From: Octopus bimaculoides
Lineage: Eukaryota
NCBI RefSeq assembly: GCF_001194135.2
Contig: NC_068986.1
Coordinates: 72,609,484-72,673,483 of the forward strand
DNA length: 64,000 nucleotides
Direction: 5' to 3'
Position 1 is the first letter of the stretch. The number at the start of each line of letters is the position of its first letter. The notes beneath the pieces are model-generated. The model ran no database searches, was not told the DNA's origin, and saw nothing but the letters and a program-made list of their open reading frames with translations. Shown one piece after another: positions 37,650 to 50,403 of the stretch. The translations under genes and the position numbers were made by a program.

Positions 37650-39150
37650 AGGAAGTTTTTAAGGTAACAAGGTCAGCTTGTGCTCCAGAGCCTAGCAGAA
37701 TACTGTACAGTGTTTATAAATGTTGTCTGAAATACCTTTAACAACACTGGAAGATGCTGAAAGTGGTCTGGTGGAGGGGAAGAGTTACCAACCAGTGGAG
37801 CCATACCAAGGATGTTTGGATTTCTAAGGGAACAAATTCTAAGATCAAGCAGTTTAGGACCATCTCATTATTAGCTTTGAAGAGGAGATATTTTTCAATA
37901 TCTTGTCCTGTCAACTAACAAAGTTCCTTTTGAAGAATGATTGCATTGATATATATGTATAGAAAGGTGGAATTACAAAACATCTGGCTGCTTAGAGTGT
38001 ACAGGGGCAGCCACATAGCTCGTAAGAGAAACAAAAAAAAAATGCAAGGGAAATCTGGTGGTTCTGTAGTTAGACCTCACAAACACTTATGGTCTATGCC
38101 ACACTAGCTGGTAGATGAGGCCCTTCAATGACACTATGTTTCTAATATGATCAATGACTTCATTCTGGATTATTATTGAAACTTCTATTTGAGAGTTATT
38201 CCTGGATCCACAATATCAGAGTAGCACAGGCTAGAGAATGGAATTATAGCTAGTTTGGTCGACCTTTTTTTGCTCTTGCTATAAGCACAGTAGTCAATAG
38301 TTGTTGGAGGCATGTGTATCCTTCAAGGACTTGAGAAACTCATCTCATGGTTAAGGATGAGCCTCAAACCATCAATGTCAAGGTCCTTTGTGTTAAAGAG
38401 AAGATGAGTTCTACTTCATCCTATCTGAAATCACCATTCCAACATTGACGGAACAACCCGTCAAGAACTTGGGAAAACATGTCAATGCACCCTAAAGGAT
38501 ATAGCTGTGATCAGTAAAACCAGCTGAGACCTTGAGATTGAGCTTACAATGATTGATAAATCTGTTGCTTGGTCACTTCAAGGCTTGAATATATCAGTAC
38601 ACTATTCTGCCCAAGATTTTATGGTTCCTCTTACTATTAGATATTAATATCTCAACTGTTGTAACTAAGGAGCCTAAGCAGCATTATTCTGTATGGACCA
38701 CAGCAACATTTTAGGAGAATTTGTGGTCACACACACACACACATAAAAAAAAAATAAAAGACCTGCACTACAAAAACTCCAAAGATACTAAAGTAGCAGC
38801 TGGCAATGAAGTCAGAATTGGCATTTCGGGTGGCAGAGGAATAGTTGAAGCACTTGTTTCTTGCTGGGATTATATTGATAAGGCATTCAGGTTTGGACTA
38901 CTTTCTAACTTGTGAAATTGGTAACATCAAATGAAAGGAGCCACATTTTCTCCAAGAAGTTTGTGCAGGTGTGAAGGAAGCATAGGCTAGCAGCATGGTG
39001 GGACTCTGCCAACAAAAAACTTGGACAAGTTGGGTCAACATATGATGACTTTGGCAAGCTAACATCTGTTGCATCAGATACCTATGATACCAACTGCCTA
39101 TGACAGCTTACCAAGTCAGACCATAAAGAGATAGTTTTTATAAGTTCTGT
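37650..39150 (+). mobile_element. Highly decayed Hero-like (R2-superfamily, RLE-type) non-LTR retrotransposon RT region
   Basis: Broken frames read VWISKGTNSKIKQFRTISLL (37814 onward), LTKFLLKNDCIDIYV*KGGI, LVVL*LDLTNTYG, INDFILDYY*NF and HRLENGII. These match Hero-clade RT motifs as I recall them (VWIPKE..S..QFRTISLL; LLKN.YIDTSVQKGGI; WLDLANAYGS). Confidence 0.7.
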
Positions 39151-39923
39151 CTTCATCAAAACAATGTATGTTTAGAGATATGACAAATTTGGAGGATATG
39201 TACAATTGTAATTATCAATATTATAAAATCCAAACATTAGACAAGTGATATTATAAAATCCAAACATTAGACAAGATGCCACAAAGTAATACTGCAATAA
39301 TATTCTTCACACATGTTGGGACTTGATCAATTTCGGCTTGGTTAAGTGAAAACAGGGGTCTGATGTTAAAAGACGTGAAACCTCCTAAAACCCTGGGAAT
39401 ATTACTGATGATGATGCATCTCAGAACATCTGTGTGATGAATCTTGGAACTAAGAATTTGACTATTATATTAGGCTATTATGGCAAACACAGTGAAGAGC
39501 AATGTGAATGTTTAACTACATGTTAAAGCCAGTATGATGATTTATTATGTTTAGCATTGAATAGTAAATATATAAAACATGCGTCAAACTAAAAAAAATA
39601 TTCTATCTTTAAATATTTTTAATATTTCCAAAACAAATCTGATGTGATACAAAAAGAATAACAAATTCAGAAAAATCATATAAAAATTTCTGACCTAGAC
39701 TTGAGTTTGACTTAAGTAAATGAATAGATTGTTGAAACTGGTACTTTTCATTTCAGATATTAAATGTGCTTTGCATTTAGACACAATATACCATGTAGTC
39801 CAGGAATTGAATCCACAATCTTATGATTGTAAGCCTTGCTCACTAAGCACTAAGCACTAAGCTACATGTCCTTTTCTAATTTGAAATTCATTTTCTAATG
39901 TTTTTTTCTTATTTGTTTTATAG

Positions 39924-40032
39924 AATGTGGTGGACAATTACAGGAAACTTTGGTAACTTACTTCCAATAGATTGGTCTAAATCATATGCAAGGCAACTGC
40001 ATACAAGAGCCTTAAATCTTTCAGAAAAGAAA
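39924..40032 (+). CDS. unc-76: UNC-76/FEZ coding exon 2
   Basis: Acceptor ttttatAG|A completes the CA|A Gln codon from exon 1. Then MWWTITGNFGNLLPIDWSKSYARQLHTRALNLSEKK, the highly conserved FEZ motif. Donor GTAAGT at 40033 (phase 0). Confidence 0.95.
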
Positions 40033-41962
40033 GTAAGTATAAATCTAAATTCCCATAGATAGTTGATTTTTTTTTTTCTTTTTCATTAAGGATTTTTATT
40101 CAAACATTACCTCAATATATTTAATGCATTTACATTCTTGAAGAAAGATTCTTATTATTGATTTGTCTGGTGGTTTGAATTTGTCATTGTGTGATAAAAT
40201 TGAGGAAATTTGAATTTGAATTGTTACATGTCAATAGCTTAAAGGAACAGATAGTTGATCATTTTAGAAGAGCAATATCTTATGCAAGACACATCAATGA
40301 AAGTAGAGAAGACAGATACTTTGTTCTAAAGTGTAGACAATATAGTTAAGTTGTCATCATTATCATCAACTACCTAATAGATAAATCAAAACTGATAAAT
40401 TCTATTCAGTCACTGCAGTAATATGTTCTACTTTTAAACAAATGCCTTTATGTGACTTAAAATATATAGTTGGAAAAACAATATCAGTATGTATGCATAT
40501 AGTAAGATAAAACTATATTAACTGTAGGTTAGCCTAAAAGATTGATCAGTTGTTATGTGTCGGTTACATTCTGATTTTGAAGCCTGCCTTATTCCTCTAC
40601 TTTGAGTTGATGGAATGAGTACTAATAACAAATGTGATCAAAATTTAAAATCAAACTGTAGATCCTTCAAATATAATTGATTAGCTTTTGTCTATTAAAC
40701 CATCCCCAAAGTATCCTACAAGAATTATCAAGCAATAAGAGATTTTGTTAAGAATAGCTCCTTGTGGGCAATAAAGAAATAGAAATAAAAATCTTGTATT
40801 GAACCAGTATTTTCTTAATGAGGATTTTCAGGCTCTGCCCAGTTGTTAATGTTTTCTATCCATCAACATATTGATCTGAATCTGTGCCATTTGTTATACA
40901 CTTCTCCAAACCCTTTTAATTTTTTGGTTTATAAGATATTATATGACAACTAAAAAGAATTGCAAAATAAATCTTATGGTTTAAAGTGTTAGCAATAATC
41001 TGAAAGGTTTGACCATTTCACTTTTTATTATGTGCACAGTACATTTAGGGATTAGAATGTTGATGGTCTTATATTATTTTGGAGATTATATTAGTTCATC
41101 TGTTTCATGTCTTTTTTTCTATGCTGGCATGGATTGGATGAAGATGTATTTGGAGAAGTATTTTACAACTAGATACTTTTTCTATTACCAGCCCTTAAGT
41201 ATTTTTCAAGTTAGAAATTTTTTTTCTTCCACTGGCCCTCAAATGTGTAGAGCTACAGGATGTATTGTTTACTGGGAAAATAAAGATATCACCATTTTGC
41301 TCAGGTGGTAATATGCAAGGAGGCAAGTTGTCAACATTTATGCACACACATGCTTATACATGCATTTATTTATATATATATATATACATACTTGAAAAGC
41401 TTCAGTTTCTGTCTATGAATTTCAAAGTATTAGTTAACCCAAGGTTCCACACTGTAGGATAGAACCTAAAGCATGTGGTTACAAATTAAACTTCTTATCT
41501 ACACAGCCATGCCTGATAATTATATTCGTAAGGCAGTGGTTTGAATTTTAGAGAAGAACATTTGTGAGGCAATTTTTAAAATTTCAATATTAGCAACTCA
41601 TACTGTTTCATTCCTCTTTGTTGTACTAATGAGTGTCCTACTTCCATTGGCAAAACTGAAATTCTCAGAAATTATAAATGATGCACCATGACATGTTTAC
41701 AAAACTAGTCCCAGACAGAAAGAAATTATTCATTTAATATGTTGAGCAGTATATTAATAATTCTAAGTGCTTAACCAAATTTAGTATTCCATGAATATTA
41801 AATTTTGATTTAGTGACATTTTATTGCTTTGATAAGATTATGAATAGCAGTATTTTGCTCTATGACAACTGAGTAAAATGGAAAGCTTTCAGACAGGCCA
41901 TAATGAAGAACTGAAATGTCTAATGAAATTTTGTAAATGGAAATCCATAATGACCCACAATC

Positions 41963-41968
<6 letters not shown>

Positions 41969-42013
<45 letters not shown>
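41969..42013. repeat. (TTA)n microsatellite
   Basis: Pure trinucleotide run. Confidence 0.95.
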
Positions 42014-44479
42014 GAAAGTCCCAAGCAAAGTGAAAAGCCACTTTGCATAAGGGACTATGAAGAAGGAGAAATTAAGATGAAAGAAATGAATTTACTTTAG
42101 ACTTGAAAGAGTTTAGATCATAAGAGGAAAACAATAAGATGGAAGAGGGTTCCAAAGTTTGGCAGTTCAAGGAAAAAAGCTACAATACAACAATAGAAAG
42201 ACTAAGCTTCTGCTCTTTTTCACAGTTAAAGTGAATGTTGTACAAATGAATGCCAAGTACTAGGTTTCGATCCCATTAAACCAGAGTCCTGAAGACATAT
42301 TTTTCATCAACATCATAGCATCTGAAAGGCAAAACATCCAAAATATCAATATGATGCAAGCAATGTAACATTGAAGTTTTCTTCTGTTGCTGTAAAACCA
42401 ACATAAGCATGTACTTTTTATGTGGATATATCGTATATGTCCTTAGGATCTTGATTATATGCTTTACTTTATCTTCTTTTCATCTTGTTATTATGATGAG
42501 AATTTCTTGTTTCCATCTCCATACAGTAGATGTCCTAGTGTTCAGATTTTTACATTTGAATAAGTTCTTCAATTTTTTATAGATATGTTATTGTCCACTG
42601 GAATTTATATTTATCGATAATATTTTTGGCCTATTGTCTTTGATTATATCTGTCAAAATGAGAACTGATGTGTTCTAAAGCAGAGAGCAGCAACAGATGG
42701 GCTGTAGCCCACAAGCAAGATACTAAGGCTCCAGACTTTTCTATAAGAATTTGAAATTTAATGTGTTCAAGAGCCATTGAGCAATTGATGGTTTTTACAC
42801 TGTCTTTTGTGTCACGGTTTGTTCAATTTTTGTTCACATAACCAGTGGTGAAAATGGGCAGATATATGATATAATTTAATGTAGGCCATGAGCAAATGTT
42901 AAAAAAAAAATCAAAAGTAGGTTATTACAAAAAGAAGCTACTAATCTGTGTTCTAGTGTTGCATTCATTATTACTTTGTGACATTTTGTGGTTTGTATTT
43001 ATTCAACTCCTTAGGAGTTGAATCATTGATGTAACCATGATGTTCTGGTGATCTGATGAGCTAGCTTTCTTTATTTGCATTGATTTGCAAATATACTGTT
43101 GTATTGTATAGTGCATAGCATGTATATTAATGCAAACATAATTTTATTCCACACTGAAATTATTACTACATGAAGAAGACTGCGAAATGGTTGTAATCCT
43201 AAGGCTGTCAAGTGATTAAATAAATATATAAATCTCTCATACCTTCTGACTTTTAATGGTTTATATACACACACATACGTGTATGTGTGTGTATATAAGT
43301 ACTGGGGTCAATTTGTTCAACTAAAATTCTTCCAGACAGTATCCCAGCATAGCCACAGCTGAATGACCGACAAGTAAACAATAGAAGAAATTGTTTTAGC
43401 TTTTCTCTCCATTAGATATATTTGTAACCTTACAATAGCTATCATATAATAATCTTCTAAGTGGAGAAAGTCTCTGACTCCTTGTATTCATGATAAATAT
43501 ATTCTCTGTTAGATTTGGTGACTGTACTGTCATTATTTTCTGTTTCATTTGTTTATTCTTTCTAATTTCTTAACTTTGTTTTTGACTATACTGTAACTAC
43601 AACTTAAAACCTCTAGATAATTTACACCTAGTATATTTTTTAGTTTTTACTTTTAAAAATGTAGAATTTTGTAACCTGTTTTCTCATTGTATTCATTATT
43701 TCTTAAATATTTGTGGATTTGTTAACAAGTTGTTACTTAAAGAGCCTTGACACATTTTCTAGACCTGTATCACATTTCCCTCTTGTATCCATATATCATC
43801 TCTAGAAATGTTTCTAGATTGTCATCTTCAACATATGATATCAAAACATTCATGTGAAAGAGACAGGTTTCACTATATAGCATGCCTTCATTCAGTCTGG
43901 TTTAGCATGTTGATTAACAGTATTAGTACCAGATAAGACTTCATTTTATATTTCCTCCTTTAACTTGAAGCTGTGTGATTTCCTATTTTCTCCCGATGTA
44001 TTATTATTATTATTGATGCTATCCATTTTTGTTTAGAATGCTTTCTTCACTTGAGTTAACCAGTTAAGTAATATTTATGATTTATGGTTAGTTTATTAAT
44101 AGAGTAAATATCTTGTAGAGTATTGGGGAAGAAGGTGCTTTCTTTTGTGGTCTATAGATTTTGTATGATTTAATGTCTATCAATTTTATTTCATGTTCTC
44201 TTTGTGCACCTATTTAATACTTGAACTAAAATATCGTTGTTGATGTCTCATCACTTTCTTAGTTCACCTTTACTTTATCTTCCTATAATATTAACAATAA
44301 ATTCTAGTATTAACTGAGTGTGGATTTAATCAACTATACATGTCTACTTTAGATTTGTATTCATGCAAGACATTACTATTATTGCTTCAGAATGTTACAT
44401 TCTTTGTGTGCCATGCCTCATGCGTTTGTGTTTTCCATAATCTACTTTATTTGAATGCTATATGCTATAATCCTTTCCA

Positions 44480-44678
44480 CTGTAGGTATAAAGCCTGAAA
44501 TTTTGGTGGGGGCAAGTTAGTCAATTACATTGGCCCCACTGTTACTTATTTTATCAATCCCAAAGAAATTGAAGGCTATGTAAACCTCAGCAGCATTTAA
44601 ACTCAGAATGTAAAGCCAGAAGAAATACCACTAAGCATTTTGTTCAACACACTAACAATTCTGCCAGCTTGTCAACTT
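44480..44678 (-). mobile_element. tRNA-derived SINE (intron 2, antisense)
   Basis: Reverse complement of the SINE head and body (...GAAATACCACTAAGCATTTTG...CTAACAATTCTGCCAGC). Confidence 0.7.
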
Positions 44679-45679
44679 AATGTTATATGTCATAATGTGG
44701 ATAAACTTGATATATCTTTGTTTCTTTATTTGATGTATTTTCTCTTTATTGTTGTTCTTAGTCCTAGTGTACCTACTGGAATTGTTTGTTCTTTTTGGTC
44801 TTCATATCGTATTTGTTTCTACTTGTAAGTCTGCATACTTAAACAGTTCTTTATCTCTTCAAATTGAATATACTTGTAATTAAAAGAGTTATCCTAAGTT
44901 TATTACTAGTCTCTTTTACAGGAGGGTTTACTCTTATCTATCAGCACCTACAAATATTGCCTGCAATGTATGTTTGTACCAACTGTTTTCTATGCCAATT
45001 TTGAAGTGTTGGCACTAACAACTATGTGTTCACTTTAATATGTTTGTTGGTGTACTCAGATTTTGCTAAACACCAGTAATTTTTTATAACTTTTGGTGGG
45101 CAGGTTCTGATCTTGTGCTAGAACCATTTCAAGGGAAGCTGTTAGACCTGAGTTTTGGAGCCAGTAGTATAATTCTTGTTGGCCTCCTGTTTCTCTTGTA
45201 ATTTCCTTAATTCTTATATCAAATTATAATTTGTCGTTGTCAGTTTACAAATTTCCTCCTTGCATTTTTGAAGTTTCATGCTTTTTTTATGTCCGTTTTT
45301 TTCATGCTAGCATGAGTTTGACAAATATATTATTGAGACATTGTTTTACAGCTGAATACCCTTCTTATTACTAACCTTTAACTGTTTTTCAAGTAAGGTA
45401 TCTTTTATTCTTTGTTTCAAATGGCACAAAAGTAGTTGACAATTTGTTGACAGGGGAAATGATAATATCACAGCTTGTAGCACAGCAATATAGTAGTGCA
45501 TGCAGACACATACACAAATATACAAACATACATACGTATGTACATACATCTTTAAAATAGTCAGTCCAGGCCAAGTTTATGCTTTTCTTCATCATTATCA
45601 ACAGTATATTGAATTATTACCAGTAGTTCTCAATTTATAAAATTGTAGATCTAATTGTCATTGTGAAATTTTTAGGATT

Positions 45680-46370
45680 GTGAAACAGTGTGTTATAGAG
45701 AACTGAGATGTCATTGGAAAGAAGTGTATTTAGAATAATGAAGGCACATGCACCATTACTGTGGAAGGCAAAAAAGTGGCATGGATGTGCTATTATGAGA
45801 TCCTGTTCAATGTGGAAAATGCATAGAATAAAGAGGGTCTACTTCATGCTGACCTTACAGAGGAACCAGCATTTCAAGTTGACAGTAGCATGGTAGATAA
45901 AATGATCAAGGGAATAAAGAGTGAAAAAGGAGCTGGTTCATCAGGGATGGATCAAAATATTTAGTTAGGCCAGATACATAATTACATCAAGTAATACAAG
46001 AAGGTATCATACCTTGTAACTGGTATTGCAGTATCATCACAAACTGCTGCAAAGGCAAAGGAGATGGCTTAGAGAGAGAAAATTATAGAGGAATCTAACT
46101 ACTTGAACAGGTTATGAAGGTCACAGAGAGCCATAGCGCAATTGATTCATAACAGAGTAAACATAGATGAAATGCAATTTGGCTTCATGCCCAGAAGAGG
46201 TTCTGCAGTAGAAATACTGCAGTTCATTTCCAATCTTCTGTGAAAACATTTCAGGCCATGGGAAAATACTGTCTTGCTTAGAAACAAATGAGTTAGCAAG
46301 AAAAAGGGTGTCCAGCTGTAGAAAATCTGTTGCAACAAATTCATTCTGACCTATGCAAGCATGGAAAAGT
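45680..46370 (+). mobile_element. Decayed RTE LINE RT fragment
   Basis: GPAFQVDSSMVDKMIKGIKSEKG and DEMQFGFMPRRGS (GATGAAATGCAATTTGGCTTCATGCCCAG) match the other RTE copies. Confidence 0.65.
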
Positions 46371-47568
46371 GGACTTTAAAATGGTGAAGCTAGCCTCACC
46401 ATCACATCACCTTACATGTCCCCAAGTGGATTCCAATCTTTTCATCACCACAGCACACACTCCTCTGGGTTACTTCTATTGCCACTCTTTATCTCTTACC
46501 TTTATTTTACTACCTGCCCTTACACCTCTAGGATATCTTCACTGCACCTACCTATTTCCCCCCAATTCCTCTTTCTCCATCCTCTCCTCTGCTCTTCCTC
46601 GTCATTCTGGAAAGTACTTCTATGGTACCCAACAATATCTTTTTTCCTCTCATCCTCTAACCTCTCCCCCTCAATTTCTCTTCTCCCTCAACACCTTTTC
46701 TCATCTTTCCCCTTCTGACTTACCACCATACTTCACTTCAATGACTCATTATTCCTCTCCATCCTAGTCTATTGCTCCCTTCCTGTCCCCTTTCTCTCAT
46801 ACCGTCTGTCCATACTTGCCCCTTATAATGTCACCACTGTCTCTAATCCCTTCCCTTTCCTTTGTTCTTTGCCAAACTCCCATCTTATTCTCTTATCTAC
46901 AATTTTTCATCCCTTCACCTTGGACCATTGCCCCCTTCTCTTCTGGCCTGTCTCAGTTACAGAGGCCTCTTTAAGCTCTTAATGTTGGTACTATGAAGAA
47001 AACACCTAGAGCTTTCTGTAAAGTGGTTGGCATTGGGAAAAGCATCCAGCCATATAAACCATTGGTGCATAATGTCATCCTCCAATTCACCAAACTCATT
47101 CCATCTGTCCAATCCATGCAACATGGAAGCCAGCTTACTATGATTAAGACAGCAAATTCCAGAATCTGTAGTGTATCATCAAATACTTTGTGTGTCATTG
47201 AATACCTTGCAACAATCACACTTGGATGGTGCTCTTAGCACTCTACTCGCACAGATGACAGTCAAGCAGTGCTGTCATCGAATTTGATTTCGATTTCACT
47301 TGCCTCAACAGGTCTTCGCAAGCAGAGTTTAGTGTCCAATGAAGGAAAAATATGCATAAGTGGGCTGGTTACACCACTGGCATAGGCCACGGGTTATGGT
47401 CTCACTTGGCTTGCCGGGTCTTCTCAAGTACAGCATATTTCCAAAGGTCTCGGTCACTAGTCATTGCCTCGGTGAGGCCTAATGTTTGAAGGTCATGCTT
47501 CACTACCTCATCCCAGGTCTTCCTGGGTCTACCTCTTCCTCAGGTTCCCTGAACTGCTAGGGTGTGAC

Positions 47569-47902
47569 NNNNNNNNNNNNNNNNNNNNNNNNNNNNNNNN
47601 NNNNNNNNNNNNNNNNNNNNNNNNNNNNNNNNNNNNNNNNNNNNNNNNNNNNNNNNNNNNNNNNNNNNNNNNNNNNNNNNNNNNNNNNNNNNNNNNNNNN
47701 NNNNNNNNNNNNNNNNNNNNNNNNNNNNNNNNNNNNNNNNNNNNNNNNNNNNNNNNNNNNNNNNNNNNNNNNNNNNNNNNNNNNNNNNNNNNNNNNNNNN
47801 NNNNNNNNNNNNNNNNNNNNNNNNNNNNNNNNNNNNNNNNNNNNNNNNNNNNNNNNNNNNNNNNNNNNNNNNNNNNNNNNNNNNNNNNNNNNNNNNNNNN
47901 NN
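47569..47902. other. Assembly gap (~334 N) inside the RTE C-terminal region
   Basis: N run with RTE sequence collinear on both sides. Confidence 0.97.
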
Positions 47903-48032
47903 CATGTTTCACTGCCATGTAGCATGGTTGTTCATACACATGCATCATACAGTCTACCTTTTACTCTGAGCGAGAGGCCCTTTGTCACCAGCAGAGGTAG
48001 GAGCTCTCTGAAATTTGCCCAGGCTATTCTTA

Positions 48033-48258
48033 TTTCTTTATTGCCCACAAGGGGCTAAACATAGAGGGCACAAACAAGGACAGATAAAGGGATTAAGTCA
48101 ATTATATCGACCCCAGTGCGTAACTGGTACTTAATTTCTCGACCCCCAAAGGATGAAAGGTAAAGTCGACCCCGGCGGAATTTGAACTCAGAATGTAACG
48201 GCAGACGAAATACTGCTAAGCATTTCACCTGGCGTGCTAATGTTTCTGCCAGCTCGCC
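48033..48258 (-). mobile_element. Relatively intact tRNA-derived SINE inserted in the RTE ORF
   Basis: Flanked by GCCCAGGCTATTCTTA at 48017-48032 and 48256-48271 (TSD of 13-16 bp). Removing it restores RLRIAWAKFRELLPLL. Confidence 0.85.
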
Positions 48259-49912
48259 CAGGCTATTCTTAATCTAGCAGCTACACTTTCAGAGCACCCA
48301 CCCCTGCTACTGATTTGGTCGCCTAGGTAACAGAAGCTATCAACTACTTCTAGTTTTTCTCCCTGGGATGTGGCATAAATTGTTCTCTGCACATTTTCAG
48401 TGTTTATTGCTCCTGAGCATCTGCCACATACAAAAACTATCTTCCCAGTTAGCCTTCCTTTAATATTGCTGCACCTCTTATGTGTCCATAGCTTACACTG
48501 AGTACATCTTATGGAGTTTCTACCTATGCCTCTTCTACAGATCGAGCAGAGCCATCTACCTGAAGGGATTTGTGGTTTGTCTACTTTCCTACTTATTAGG
48601 ACTTTGGTTTTAGCTAGGTTGACTCTAAGGCCCTTCAATTCTAATCCTTGCTTCCACACCTGAAACTTCTAGTTCTGATAGTGACTCAGAAATTAGAGCA
48701 AGGTCATCAGCTTAGAGGAACTACCAGGGGCATCCTGTCTTGAATTCCTCTGTTATTGCCTGGAGGACTATGATAAATAGGAGGGGACTGAAGACTGAAC
48801 CTTAGTGGACCCCTACCTCTACCCGGAATTCTTCACTGTACTCGTTGCCAACCCCCACCTTACTGACAGCATCCCCTGTACATGGTTGCACAGCTCTCAC
48901 TAACCATTCATCTATCCCTAGTTTCCTCATTGACCACCAGATAAGGGATCAGGGAACCCTGTCAAAGGCTTTCTCCATGTCAACAAAAGCCAGGTACAGA
49001 GGTTTATCTTTGGTTAGGTATTTCTCCTGCAGCTGTCTTACCAGAAATATAGCATCAGTGGTGCTTTTCCCTGGCATGAACCCAAACATCTCATCTAAAC
49101 TGACTCTCACTCTAATTAGTTGGGCTATGACCCTCTCCGTGAACTTCATTACCTGATCCAACAACTTGATACCTCTGTAATTATTTGTATCTAAAGCGTC
49201 ACCTTTATCTTTGTAGCAGTTGTCTATGGTGCTGCTACACCAGTCATTGGGTATGACTCCTTCATGTATCACCTGGTTAACTATACGGGTGACTAAGCCA
49301 TAGAGCCGACACCGCCAGATATTTTGAGCATCTCTGCGGTGATTCCTGATGGGCCGGGGGCTTTCCCTGACTTTATACTCTTAATTGCTTTATCTACCAA
49401 GGTACTGTCAATTTGGATAGCTGGTCCCTCTGTTGGGTCGACATTCGGCAGACTCTCTTTCTCCCATTCATTCTCTTTATTGAGCAACCTTTCATAGTGG
49501 CGTCTCCAGACCTCTCTCTTTGCAGCCTCATTTAGTGCAAGTGAACCATCATTCATGCAGACACATTACTCTCCTACGACATCACGGTTCTCTCTCACAC
49601 ACTGTCTTGCAACATGAAATACCTCAAGTCTTTGGTCCTCAAGGCGCAGGATATGGCAAATTTTTTCTTATTTGCTTCCCCTCTATCTCCTAGCTTCTCT
49701 TCTGGCAGTCTGACACAATTCCCTGCTACATCGTTCTTCCAGTCCTTCCAAGCCTGTTTCTTTTTTCTAATAACCCTGTCAACAACATTGTTCCACCACC
49801 ACGTTACCTTGGGTCGAGAGGGGACTTTGCACCATCCACAGATCTGGTCAGTGGCCCTCAGCAGGTTGTCTCGTAGAAACCTCCAGTTGTCTTCCACATC
49901 ATGTGATGCTAT

Positions 49913-50403
49913 TATTGTTATTATTTACATAAGGTGGCAAGTTGGTAGAATTATTGGCATGCCAGACAAAATTCTTAGTGGCATTTTGTTCATCTTTACT
50001 CTCTAACTTCAAAATTCTGTGAAGATTGATTTTTGTCTTTCATCCTTTTTTGGGGGAGGTGGGGGGTCAGTAAAATAAATACCAGTTGAGCACTGTCCCC
50101 TCCCTTAAAATTTTAGGCCATGTGTCTAGAGTAGAAAGGATTATTGTGATTATTATTATCATTTACATAAGGTGGTAAGCTGGCAGGAATGTTAGCACAC
50201 TGGATAAAATGCTTAGCAGCCTTTCATCCATCTTTACCCTCTGAATTCAAAGGCCATCAAGGTCAACTTTGCCTTTTACCATTTTGAGATCAATAAAATA
50301 AGTATCAGTTGAGCACTGAGATCAATGTAATTCACTTGCTCCCTCACCTAAAATTTCAAGACTTGTGCCTACAGTAAAAAGGAATATTATTATTATCATT
50401 TAC
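49913..50403 (+). mobile_element. Two tandem tRNA-derived SINE copies
   Basis: Heads CATAAGGTGGCAAGTTGGTAGAA (~49927) and CATAAGGTGGTAAGCTGGCAGGAA (~50166). An ATTAT(T/C)ATTTAC motif precedes each copy and follows the second. Confidence 0.7.

Larger units (their letters stand above)
47230..49912 (-). mobile_element. 5'-truncated RTE LINE (linker, RT, C-terminus, 3' UTR), interrupted by a SINE and an assembly gap
   Basis: ORFs 49595-49897, 49293-49556, 48949-49272 (FVDMEKAFDRVP) and 48237-48659 (GLRVNLAKTK, DSFCYLGD). YADD is mutated to *ADD near 48715. LHGSET at ~47905-47925. Confidence 0.9.

Noticed and set aside
46330-46960. Ser/Leu/Pro-rich ORFs in pyrimidine-rich tracts (also 12681-13275, 28811-29196, 35730-36013)
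   Set aside because: Low-complexity CT-rich sequence with no domain motifs or credible splice structure.
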